Part shown: in pieces, positions 45,170-55,876 of the stretch
How positions within the stretch are numbered: position 1 is the stretch's first letter
Layout of the letters: each line of letters opens with the position of its first letter
Origin: a bacterium
Lineage (GTDB): Bacteria > SAR324 > NAC60-12
Assembly: GCA_965233585.1 (NCBI GenBank)
Contig: CBDDTI010000581.1
Location: 1 to 55,876 of the forward strand
Direction: 5' to 3'
Length of the DNA: 55,876 bases
Position numbers and translations under genes: made by a program
Notes under the pieces: generated by a model
Seen by the model: only the letters and a program-made list of their open reading frames with translations
What the model was told of the DNA's origin: nothing
Database searches by the model: none

Positions 45170-45740
45170 CAACCCTTTCGCACGAAATGGGGGTCGATCG
45201 TCAAAAACTGAGGAAAAATTGCGAGTTTACTTGTGCCGGAGCAACCCTTTCGCACGAAATGAGGGTCGATCGTCAAAAACTGAGGAAAAAATGCGATTTT
45301 ACTTGTCCCCGAGCAACTCTTTCGCACGAAATGAGTCGATCGTCAAAAACTGAGGAAAAATTGCGAGTTTACTTGTCCTGGAGCAACCCTTTCGCACGAA
45401 ATGGGGGTCGATCGTCAAAAACTGAGGAAAAATTGCGATTTTACTTGTCCCCGAGCAACCCTTTCGCACGAAATGGGGGTCGATCGTCAAAAACTGAGGA
45501 AAAATTGCGATTTTACTTGTCCCCGAGCAACCCTTTCGCACGAAATGAGGGTCGATCGTCAAAAACTGAGGAAAAATTGCGAGTTTACTTGTGCCGGAGC
45601 AACCCTTTCGCACGAAATGAGGGTCGATCGTCAAAAACTGAGGAAAAATGCGATTTTACTTGTCCCCGAGCAACCCTTTCGCACGAAATGAGGGTCGATG
45701 CGCAAAAACTGAGGAAAAATTGCGATTTTACTTCTGCCGG
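45170..45740. repeat. 72-bp tandem repeat (~8 units)
   Basis: Unit GCAACCCTTTCGCACGAAATG...GTCGATCGTCAAAAACTGAGGAAAAATTGCGA.TTTACTTGT; 24-aa periodic ORFs. Confidence 0.92.
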
Positions 45741-45744
45741 ACTT

Positions 45745-48420
45745 GTCTGTGTGTAAAAGCGTCTGTGTGTAAAAGCGCCTGTGTGTAAGAGTCTCTCTGT
45801 GTAAAAGTGTTTGTGTGTAAAAGTGTTTGTGTAAAAGTTCTTGTGTGTAAAAGCTTCTGTGTGTAAAAGCTTCTGTGTGTAAAAGCGTCTGTGTGTAAAA
45901 GACTGTGTGCAAAAGCGTCTGTGTGTAAAAGCGTCTGTGTGTAAAAGCATCTGTGTGTAAGAGCGTCTGTGTGTAAAAGCGTCTGTGTGCAAAAGTGTTT
46001 GTGTGTAAAAGTGTTTGTGTGTAAAAGCCTCTGTTTTGTAAAAGCGTCTGTGTGTAAAAGCGTCTGTGTGTAAAAGCGTCTGTGTGTAAAAGCGTCTGTG
46101 TGTAAAAGCGTCTGTGTGTAAAAGCGTCTGTGTGTAAAAGCGTCTGTGTGTAAAAACATCTGTGTGTAAAAGCGTCTGTGTGTAAAAGCGTCTGTGTGTA
46201 AAAGCTTCTGTGCGTAAAAGTGTTTGTATGTAAAAGTGTTTGTGTGTACAAGCTTCTGTGTGTAAAAGCTTCTGTGTGTAAAAGCGTCTGTGTGTAAAAG
46301 ACTCTGTGTGCAAAAGCGTCTGTGTGCAAAAGCGTGTGTGTGTAAAAGCGTGTGTGTGTGTGTAAAAGCGTCTGTGTGTAAAAGACTCTGTGTGTAAAAG
46401 CGTCTGTGTGTCAAAGCGTGTGTGTGTAAAAGCGTGTGTGTGTGTGTAAAAGCTTCTGTGTGTAAAAGCCTCTGTGTGTAAAAGCGTTTGTGTGTAAAAG
46501 TGTCTGTGTGAAAAAGCGTCTGTGTGTAAAAGCGTCTGTGTGTAAAAGCGTCTGTGTGTAAAAGCGTCTGTGTGTAAAAGCGTCTGTGTGTAAAAGCACC
46601 TGTGTGTAAAAACATCTGTGTGTAAAAGCGTCTGTGTGTAAAAGCGTCTGTGTGTAAAAGCTTCTGTGTGTAAAAGTGTTTGTATGTAAAAGTGTTTGTG
46701 TGTACAGGCTTCTGTGTGTAAAAGCGTCTGTGTGTAAAAGCGTCTGTGTGTAAAAGACTCTGTGTGCAAAAGCGTCTGTGTGCAAAAGCGTGTGTGTGTA
46801 AAAGCGTGTGTGTGTAAAAGCGTCTGTGTGTAAAAGACTCTGTGTGTAAAAGCGTCTGTGTGCAAAAGCGTCTGTGTGTAAAAGCGTGTGTGTGTAAAAG
46901 CTTCTGTGTGTAAAAGCCTCTGTGTGTAAAAGCCTCTGTGTGTAAAAGCGTCTGTGTGTAAAAGCAACTGTGTGTAAAAGTCTCTGTGTGTAAAAGCGTC
47001 TGTGTGTAAAAGCGTCTGTGTGCAAAAGCGTCTGTGTGTAAAAGCGTCTGTGTGTAAAAGCGTCTGTGTGTAAAAGCTTCTGTGTGTAAAAGCGTCTGTG
47101 TGTAAAAGTCTCTCTGTGTAAAAGTGTTTGTGTGTAAAAGTGTTTGTGTGTAAAATCGTCTGTGTAAGAGCGTCTGTGTGTAAAAATCTCTGTGTGCAAA
47201 AGCGTCTGTGTGCAAAAGCGTGTGTGTGTGTAAAAGCGTGTGTGTGTAAAAGCGTCTGCGTGTAAAAGATTCTGTGTGTGAAAGCGTCTGTGTGTAAAAG
47301 CGTTTGTGTGTAAAAGCGTGTGTGTGTGTGTAAAAGCTTCTGTGTGGAAAAGCCTCTGTGTGTAAAAGCCTCTGTGTGTAAAAGCGTCTGTGTGTAAAAG
47401 CGTGTGTGTGTAAAAGCTTCTGTGTGTAAAAGCCTCTGTGTGTAAAAGCCTCTGTGTGTAAAAGCGTCTGTGTGTAAAAGCAACTGTGTGTAAAAGTCTC
47501 TGTGTGTAAAAGCGTCTGTGTGTAAAAGCGTCTGTGTGCAAAAGCGTCTGTGTGTAAAAGCGTCTGTGTGTAAAAGCGTCTGTGTGTAAAAGCTTCTGTG
47601 TGTAAAAGCGTCTGTGTGTAAAAGTCTCTCTGTGTAAAAGTGTTTGTGTGTAAAAGTGTTTGTGTGTAAAATCGTCTGTGTAAGAGCGTCTGTGTGTAAA
47701 AATCTCTGTGTGCAAAAGCGTCTGTGTGCAAAAGCGTGTGTGTGTGTAAAAGCGTGTGTGTGTAAAAGCGTCTGTGTGTAAAAGATTCTGTGTGTGAAAG
47801 CGTCTGTGTGTAAAAGCGTTTGTGTGTAAAAGCGTGTGTGTGTGTGTGTAAAAGCTTCTGTGTGGAAAAGCCTCTGTGTGTAAAAGCCTCTGTGTGTAAA
47901 AGCGTCTGTGTGTAAAAGCAACTGTGTGTAAAAGTCTCTGTGTGTAAAAGCGTCTGTGCGTAAAAGCGTCTGTGTGTAAAAGCGTCTGTGTGTAAAAGCG
48001 TCTGTGTGTAAAAGCTTCTGTGTGCAAAAACTTCTGTGTGTAAAAGCGTCTATGTCTAAAAGTCTCTCTGTGTAAAAGTGTTTGTGTGTAAAAGCGTGTG
48101 TGTGTGTGTGTAAAATCGTCTGTGTAAGAGCGTCTGTGTGTAAAAATCTCTGTGTGTAAAAGTCTCTGTGTGTAAAAGTCTCTGTGTGTAAACGTGTTTG
48201 TGTGTAAAATCGTCTGCGGGTAAAAGCCTCTGTGTGTAAAAGTCTCTGTGTGTGTAAAAGCGTGTGTGTGTAAAAAGCGTCTGTGTGTAAAAGTCTCTGT
48301 GTGCAAAAGCGTCTGTGTGCAAAATCGTCTGTGTGTAAAAGCGTCTGTGTGTAAAAAGCATCTGTGTAAAAGTCTCTGTGTGCAAAAGCGTCTGTCTGTA
48401 AAAAGTTCTGTGTATGAAAA
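45745..48420. repeat. 16-bp satellite (GTGTGTAAAAGCGTCT)n
   Basis: Directly visible, about 2.7 kb. Confidence 0.95.
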
Positions 48421-50843
48421 ACTTTACAAAAATACGATGCAAACTATTGTCTTGTACTAGTCATATATTGTCTTGATACTACTCTTCTCGTCTGCCTATA
48501 ATACATCTGTAATATATTATCTTGTAATATAGTGTCTCCATACTAACAACAGAAGACTCTGCTCCTCTACGCTCTCGGGCCATCCGCCGTCTAGTGCTAA
48601 ATTTGAAGTTGTTTTGCCAGTTTTGTTTCTTCTCTCCGTTTTCATACTTACTCAACTTCACCAACTTATCCAACGAAGATGATAAGAAAGAAAAACTGTC
48701 TTTGAAACAAAGATTTTAAATGCGAATGTTATGAACTTCTCACTATTCTGTGCTATTACATCTATCTTACCCCTTTCTGATAGTTTATTTGCCCTCTCAA
48801 TGATTAAATGACTGTCATAGTTCTTGAGGTTATGAAGGAAAACGGGGATTTTATAATGTCTCATTGAAAACTGTAAATTACAATCATCGTGGGCACAACC
48901 CCTATACTTACCTGTAAAATGACAATGGTCTCTAACCTTTTCATCACCTTCTTTGAAGTCTTTACCACATATAAAGCATTTCTTTGCGGTTTTAAAGTCC
49001 CTCCAGTCATCTGCCCTCATAATGATTTCCTTGTTTTCCTTCATTTTTCCATTATCTCATTTTTGACTTCAATAATCTTTTGGATAAAAACATCCATACA
49101 ATCCTCCCCTCTGTGAAGGAAAGGCTTTGATGAACCATCAATTGAATTGACAACATTTATCATAAAACCGCAGGGTCTGTGATGTTGGTATTTATCAGTC
49201 TTAACTTCTTTAGTTGAAACTGTCCCCGTCCTTGTGGTTAAACATTCAAAGTCAGCATAGATGACAAAAGGTGCTTTCAACTCTTTATAGTGGTTCTTGA
49301 AAACCATAATGTCGTCTTCATTAGGCATTTCTATCTGTTGCCCTTCAACTGCCATACATCCCTTTTCATTGTGTTCATCTAAAAGTTCCTGTGATTGAAA
49401 ACCGTGTCGGCAGTGAAAACAATGATAAATTTTTGCTTTGTGTTTGTTGGTTTGGCATCCTATCAACTTGTCATAATCTTTGATGAATACATAATGGTAA
49501 TCATCCCCATCCTCCAGTTTCAGAAGACTGATTTCATGAGTTGCTCTTTGAACCTTGGTCTGTCTGTAAAGTAGGATGGATTGTTTCCCTTCTTCGGGGT
49601 CAATAAAATAAACATTGACTGCTACTTTCCCTCCATTGTTTTCTTCAAATGTATCTATATCAACATCTGATGACGGAAAATTGACATTATCCCACTTCAA
49701 CTCATCATTGAGATTTTTGTAGTGAGAAACTCTTTCGGGATGGTCTTTTTCATAAACCTTTCATATACCGCATTGAACGGAATACTTGAAACATAGTTCA
49801 TCTTGATTTTTGATGTTGATACACGTTTTTTTGTTTGAAACCCATTTAGGTAATGGAATGAACTTACCCCCACGAGTTGGATTGTATTTGTCATAGTTAA
49901 ACTTTATTTTGTCAATCTGGGTTATGACTAATCCACTCTCCGACACTTCCATCACCTCCGCTTGGTGCTCTACATCACTTGCCATCTGGCTCAATACGTT
50001 AGGTATTTCACCTTCGTTGGTGATGTTGTATCTTCTACTCTTGATGACTTGTCTTACATCTTCGTTGGTCTTTTTGCTCTTCAAAGTGGCGAAGACTTAT
50101 AGAATAACCTTCATTCCATTATGTTTCCTCAAATACTCTTTTAACCTCAAACCTTGGTATTTTAGATATTGTAGTGCTTTGATGCCTCTTACCCTGATGT
50201 TTGTGATGGCATATGAATTGGCATAACCTTTGAAAGCAGACTGTTCGTTGGTGGTGGTTGCTTTGTATCTCATTTGAATACCTGTGAGTGCTTTGTTCTT
50301 GTCAAGATTGACCCACCTAATGCCTTTCTTTTCCTTCAGTTCATACTTTTTGTAGTCCATAGTCTGCTTAATCTTGTTGAATTTTGTTATTAACCTCTTT
50401 GATATGGGTTTGCCCCTTTCAAAGTTGCAGGTCTTGTCTCCAATCTTGAGTTTCTTGAGTTCTTGTCCATTCCGTTTCAATATCTCACCCTGTTCGGATG
50501 ATAAAAGATAATCTAAAACAATCTGCTGTGAAGTGTCCATTATAGTATAATCTATATCATTATAATCTTCTGTTTCTTTAAGTAGTTTTTCAGTTTCCAT
50601 TGTTTGTTGAGGATGTTGCGGTTGATTGGATTGGTTGTCAGATTGATTTTCAAAATAAAAATTTTCTGTTGAATGTTTCAACCTTGTATCCTCTGCCATT
50701 TTCTCCTTAAAATATGAAGTAATATATATAGTTATTTCTTTAAGCAATTGTGGGTTCTCGTTCACTTTTTGGGTCATTGGGTTCTGGGTTGAAGTCCAAC
50801 GTGAGAACACCAGAATTGAATTTGGGAAAAATGGTTTAAAGAA

Positions 50844-51358
50844 ATGGCAACTTATGGTAAATATAGGTGTAAATATAGGTATGAAAACGGAAAGATTTAG
50901 AAAATAACACTGGACACAACAAAGCCCATGTAGGGAGCACTTGCGAAAGTTTGAGTAAAAGAATTGAGAGGCATAGAGCAAAATACAGTTCTTACAAAAC
51001 AGGAAAAACAAATAAGAATTTGTCAGCGATTGAAATATTTGATGAGTTTGGTATTGAAGATTGTAAGATTGAGTTGATTGAAAACTATCCCTGCAATTGT
51101 AAGGAAGAACTATCGAGACGAGAAGGGCACTACATCAAAAGCATTGATTGTGTCAATAATGTCATTCCACATAGGATGGAAGAAGAGAGAAAGGAGGTGG
51201 CACGGGAATACTACTACAAAAATAAAGAAAAGATATTAGAGAAACACCTTGAAAAAATGGAATGTCCTTTTTGTAAGCATGTAATGTCTCAATACTATGT
51301 TCCAATACATCAAGGGTCAAAAAACTGTGTCAAACAGACAAAAATGAATAGTGAATAA
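50844..51358 (+). pseudogene. GIY-YIG endonuclease, copy 2
   Basis: Duplicate of 21831-22343 with GKI*KI and a C-for-T change in the YVG codons. Confidence 0.78.
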
Positions 51359-51384
51359 AACGTTCTCAATAAACAGAATCGTTG

Positions 51385-51714
51385 TTATTGAGAAGGTTTC
51401 GGATTTAAACAGTGGGTTTGTTTGCTCATACATCTTTTGGTTTGACGGTGTTTTGAAAGATTGGATTTACTACTGATTACCTGTCCGCAGTCTGGGCATT
51501 GGAAGGGTTTTGATAGTTTCTTCTGATAGCATTTTGAAAAATAGTCTGGGTCTAATGGTTTCTTGTCATAATTTCCGTCAGGTTTCCATCGTGTGGTTGC
51601 TTGGGCTGGTGGGTTGTGGGGGTTGTTGGATTGGTGGAGTGCTTCAACCATTTGGTCAAAGACGTCTTCGTCCATTTCTTGCTTCTTTCCATCAATTACC
51701 ATATAGCAGGGCAT
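51385..51714 (-). CDS. C2H2 zinc finger protein, copy 2
   Basis: Duplicate of 22370-22699. Confidence 0.75.
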   Translation of the reverse strand: MPCYMVIDGKKQEMDEDVFDQMVEALHQSNNPHNPPAQATTRWKPDGNYDKKPLDPDYFSKCYQKKLSKPFQCPDCGQVISSKSNLSKHRQTKRCMSKQTHCLNPKPSQ

Positions 51715-52938
51715 AATTTACTTTTTATATAAAGCGACATTTCTTTAAGCGTCTTTGCTTTTTGCTTCGGGTAGTCGTTTTGGCTTAAAATAACACGTGT
51801 CCTGAATGTAGCGTATTTGAGATTAAAAAAAGATGGTCTCAGGACACTTGTTGAAAAATGTTTTTTGTTGTCAAGTCGTCATAAATTGTGGTTTTGTCCT
51901 CATCAGACTTGAGCCTTTAGCATCCCAGTCGTCTTGTATGCTATTCATAGTGGATAATCATGTGCGACCTTATATTTTAAGATGGACGGTGTGCTTTCTA
52001 TCACACCCCCTCCGTTCCCCGCCCAAAAAACTAACTTTTGTATCTGTGTAAAACCAAGACAAGAGAAAATCCAATTTCCTCCAAACAAATAACACATAAC
52101 CTTTTTGAATCCCCGAGGAGGTCAACACTCCGCTCCTCCGCACGTTTTCTGACAGGGTGAATGCAAGCGACTGGATGCATGTATATCATCATGGTATAGG
52201 TAAATAGATGTATTGTTGTGTGAAATTACGTACTGTAAAATAGCTATAACATTGTATATGTGGTCTTTGTGTGAAACCCCCATCTCCACTTCAAACTTAA
52301 AAGCTCTATCTCAATCCTTCTCCACTTCTACCCTTCAGAGTTCTCGCAACACACCTTTTGGATCCTTTTGGAAATCAGAGCCGATGATGACTTCATGACC
52401 TCAGATGGGCTTGTGGGATATTGAGTTGCGCTTTGAAAATGGGAGACCAAAAACATAAAATGAAGAGTTCTCGTTGTGTATGGTTGTGTTTGTCATCCTT
52501 GTCAAGTGCTGGTTGTCTCAATGTATCGGTTCAAAAACTGTCCACAGCGAAGCCAAACACCCTTTTTCCATCCTACGAAGGTCTCTGAATGTGTTGATGC
52601 CCTGTTCATTTGGCAACGCAACACCGGCAAATCAAAAAGGGTGAACATGGCATCAGTGTCTTCGGCTTTGTCAGGACACTTCTTATGCAACATTGACTTC
52701 AGAGCACCACACCGCTTTTTTGCCCCAGTCAGAAAGTCATTCAGTGACGAGGTCAATCAAGCATTCGGCCCGGTTGGTCAGAACATCCCGCTGCTCCTGC
52801 AGGAAAAGTCAAGTTTCCATACGGCACTCGGGGAAAGTTGAAGTTTGGGAAAAATGAAGTTTCCCAGTGGGAAAATTCTTGAAGTTCATGGGAAAATGGG
52901 GTGGGAAGCGCTCCACTCCAACCCTGTCCTCAAGGCGC

Positions 52939-55240
52939 TTAGTCGACATCATCACCAAGCCAAGTTAGGAGTTGTTGCAAGCCGCCTAACATGTCTCTTG
53001 CTGCGTCTCCTGCCACTACTTGAGCTACTCGTGCATCCACAATAAAATTGCAATTTGGAGCAAAAAGAACGCCAATTACTGATTTTACCGGCGATTCCGC
53101 GTTCTGCACCATGTGCTTCACTGCGTTCACATTCTGGGCAATATTTGAAGCCTTTTTCTTGCAGGTTTCTGCGTTCGTAGCTCCAGTCACATCCAAGAGC
53201 ACCTGCCAAGTTACAAAACATACAAACACATGCAAACAAAGACTGAAATGACGGAATACTGTTTGTTTGCAACACATTCAGCCTTCCAACTGAGCTCCGG
53301 ACTAATTCATCTGCTTCGGTCTTGAACCAAATGTCGAAGCCTTTGTGCGTGCCAGGCGTGCCACCTTCTGAAAGCGCGTGATACATGACACCATCCTCTA
53401 TGCAGCGGATACCATCAATGGAGGGGTCTCCCTTCTTTGTGAAGACTCTTGCGTTCTTCCCATCGATTTGTTGCAATCCGTCTCGTATGTCCTTGCATTG
53501 AAACTTATATTTGCGAGGCTTGCTCTCAAATCTAAAGCCGTTCTGTTCCTTAGCCGCTTTGCAGGCAAGAGCCCACAAATAAGCTCGCTCTAAAAGCATA
53601 CCGTCACACCAACTCCCAGATGTCATCAGAGATGAGCAGAATACTTCTTGGGCTTTCCTAAAGACTGATACTTTTTGGGCTTTCCTAAAGACTGACGAGG
53701 CTTTATCCCTGGCATCTCCAACTGCCATCAGCGTCTCCAGCGAAAGAGTCAGCTTCCGGTTGTCCAACGAGATCACTCCCGCATAGCTTCTGTCCTCTGC
53801 CCGGGCATCTTTTATGCCCAACAACAAGTCCACTGCTCCTGAGACCTGTTCATCTAGATCTGGCAAAGCGACGCTAAAACTTCCAAGAGCTCCAATGAGC
53901 TTGCTCTCCAGGTTTCCCTCTTTGTCAAGCTGGTCCTGGATGTTTCTGAAAGTTCTGCGCAGGTCGCTCTTCTCATCCTGCGGAATGTGGAGCTGGTCAA
54001 GACCAATGTGCACAAGGAAAAGGCTTAGCTTGACTCGCAAAGTTGCGAGCAATCGTTCTTCCTTGCCACCCCAGCCTTCGGCAGGAAGTTTGATTTTCGG
54101 CAATCCTGCTGCCGTGGCAGGTGCAGCATCTGAAGCGTCCCTGGTCAACAAGGGGCTCACATCTACTAGCATCATGGCAATTGGAAAGCGGCAAACCTGC
54201 GACGAACCCTGTGCGGCTAGATCCGGCGGTTCGAGGTAGGTGGCAATCACCTTACACATCTGTGGAAGTGAGCCAGCCAAAAGCAGCGCTCCTCGCCTGA
54301 ATTCAGGAGATGTGCTCATGGAGCGGTGCTCGTCGATGTGGAGGAGAAGGCGGTTGCTGGCGTTTCTCTGCAAGAACTTGTCAACCTCCTCTGCAAATTT
54401 TGCAACTGTGGTTCGCAAGTCTGGCAGTGGACTGGGCAGCTGCCATTCAGTGCCAAGATACTCTCCATTCATCTGCCTCCTGAAGCAGTGGAGCATGAAG
54501 TCAGCACCAGCCAACTCCAGTTCATCCGTCTCCAAGCTACGCAGTAGGCGCTGACTCGCTGGGTTGTGACCTCATGCAAACATGGAACAAATATGAACAA
54601 ATGAACATCGTCCTGACACACAGAATTGGACAAAGGAAAGCAAAAGGAAACTCAGCAGTCCGAATCAAAGTTCAGGCTGGTTGCAATTCCAAAAGTTATT
54701 GGCAAATGGCATGTAGAGGTAGTGGGTGAAACAATGCTGGCTCCCCAGTTCCACACTTCGACAGAATATCGGCAGGATGGCGGCAGACTTGCCACGCTTG
54801 GTTGGAGCTGAAAGGTAAGCCACTCGGGCTCTATCCTCAGTTGCGTGTTCTAAGCGGCTCACTGCGACATCCAACTCTTTGCTTCGACACAAATAGGGTC
54901 GTAAGTAGAGCTTGCAAACTCCACAAGTGCCTTCTCTCACCGACAGCGATGCTTCGTAGCTCTCCCATGTCTCCAGCAGCGGGATGTTTGCCGTTTTCAT
55001 ATTGGTCTCAAAGGCATCGTTTGTCCTCTGAGCCAAGCAATCAGTGCCACCAGGTACTTCGTTCCACCAGTTTGACGGGCGACAGCGACCGGTGGTTTTG
55101 CCTGTACCAAACCCCCGTTTCCACGGGTCAAGACCAGCAAAGCAATGCGATGAGCAAATAAAGTTGCACGCGGTCCAAAGCAGTAAGGCTCTCACAAGAA
55201 GGCATGACTGCCGACGCAATGGAACTTGACGACCCCCCAT
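52939..55240 (-). CDS. Crinkler/RHS-like NTPase+nuclease gene, copy 2 (C-terminal exon open)
   Basis: YLSAPTKRGKS, LLLHIDEH, spliced FDIWFKTEADEL|VLLDVTG; last exon ends ...DAARDMLGGLQQLLTWLGDDVD*. Confidence 0.65.
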
Positions 55241-55456
55241 GGCACAGTCTGAACTTGAAACAGAACTAGTGCTACTTTGCTGCCGAACTTGAGCGCAGAG
55301 CCGGTTCCATGTCTTCTGTTTTTGATTTGCTCTTGCGCTGCTCGTTTCAACACTAGTTGTCTTGGCACAAATTCAGAATATCCGGGCCGCCCGACATTTG
55401 AAGCGAGAAGTCGAAGACCACAAAGCCGGTGTTGAGTAGAGAAATCACCAAGACAA

Positions 55457-55798
55457 AACCATTTTCGAAAAAACACAACAGCAACAACAAACCTCCCCCT
55501 CATCTGAAACCTAACAATGAAGTGAAAGTTCGGGCAAAAAAGTCCCCAAATCCCCATAGGAAAAAACATCAAAGGTAAAAATGAAACATTGAACAACAAC
55601 ATAAAATCATAACACCCTCAACAAAACCTACCCTCATTCAATCCAAACATTATTACAACAACCTCAACAAAACATTTAGCAAGATAATCAAAAAGAAACA
55701 GTCAAACATTTCAGATTACAAGATTGAACAAAAACATAACAGCCTCCCACCTAACCTCCAACCTGTCCTGTCCTAGTTTCCCCCTTTCCCCATTTTTT
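55457..55798. repeat. Right PLV TIR, copy 2
   Basis: Duplicate of 26385-26726 followed by TCCCAT. Confidence 0.82.
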
Positions 55799-55876
55799 TC
55801 CCATGCTTCCCGCCTTGGCAGTCTAAATGCCCACCACAATTGCAGAGCTTCACGGCAGGGGTCTCATTCAGTAGCG

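Larger units (their letters stand above)
44722..48594 (+). mobile_element. Non-autonomous Helitron/Helentron-like element carrying satellites
   Basis: Absent from copy 1 (empty site TTTCTTTTGCTAA near 19591-19603); inserted at T|T without TSD; ends TTC...CTAG; 11-bp asymmetric inverted repeat CCCGAGAGCGT (44724-44734) / ACGCTCTCGGG (48569-48579). Confidence 0.8.
42911..50699 (-). pseudogene. pPolB copy 2, interrupted by a Helitron-like element
   Basis: Same motifs as copy 1; premature TGA at 42962, frameshifts, and insertion 44722-48594. Confidence 0.92.
41210..55876 (+). repeat. Direct segmental duplicate of 16093 to about 26804 (right part of the PLV, TSD and host flank)
   Basis: Near-identity begins AGAAGGCGATTTAG (16093/41210) and continues through TCCCAT (55799-55804) into the same host flank to the window end. 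Confidence 0.95.

Noticed and set aside
45170..45740. CRISPR-like regular repeats
   Set aside because: Units are contiguous 72-bp tandem copies with no unique spacers and no cas genes.
45585..48460. Long His/Thr-rich ORFs (up to 778 aa)
   Set aside because: Translations of the 16-bp satellite.

Overview
Eukaryotic, repeat-rich genomic DNA. A dinoflagellate (Symbiodiniaceae-like) host is inferred from the repeat types and a methyltransferase-carrying tyrosine-recombinase retroelement; this is not proven. The main element is an endogenous Polinton/Maverick-like virus (PLV) at 2273-26726. It has a 6-bp target-site duplication (TCCCAT) and diverged terminal inverted repeats. It encodes an rve integrase, major and minor capsid proteins, a packaging ATPase, a protein-primed PolB, a C5 DNA methyltransferase, a lipase, a fibre with an S74 chaperone, a GIY-YIG nuclease and a C2H2 protein; many of these genes are disrupted. 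Two candidate promoter motif classes are visible, and one has the TCTA core known from CroV late genes and mavirus. An intron-containing Crinkler/RHS-like NTPase+nuclease gene, bounded by a 9-bp direct repeat, lies inside the right end of the virus, and a MULE-like element splits a viral ORF. Downstream are a split-direct-repeat tyrosine-recombinase retrotransposon (27163-35115; order YR-gag-MTase/RT/RH; inserted in a (CATA)n microsatellite), a foldback element and a deleted Copia element. The window ends with a segmental duplicate of the right part of the virus plus flank (41210-55876), whose PolB is interrupted by a satellite-filled Helitron/Helentron-like element. A host carboxylesterase exon lies at the left edge. 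All calls come from reading motifs by eye; no searches were run.
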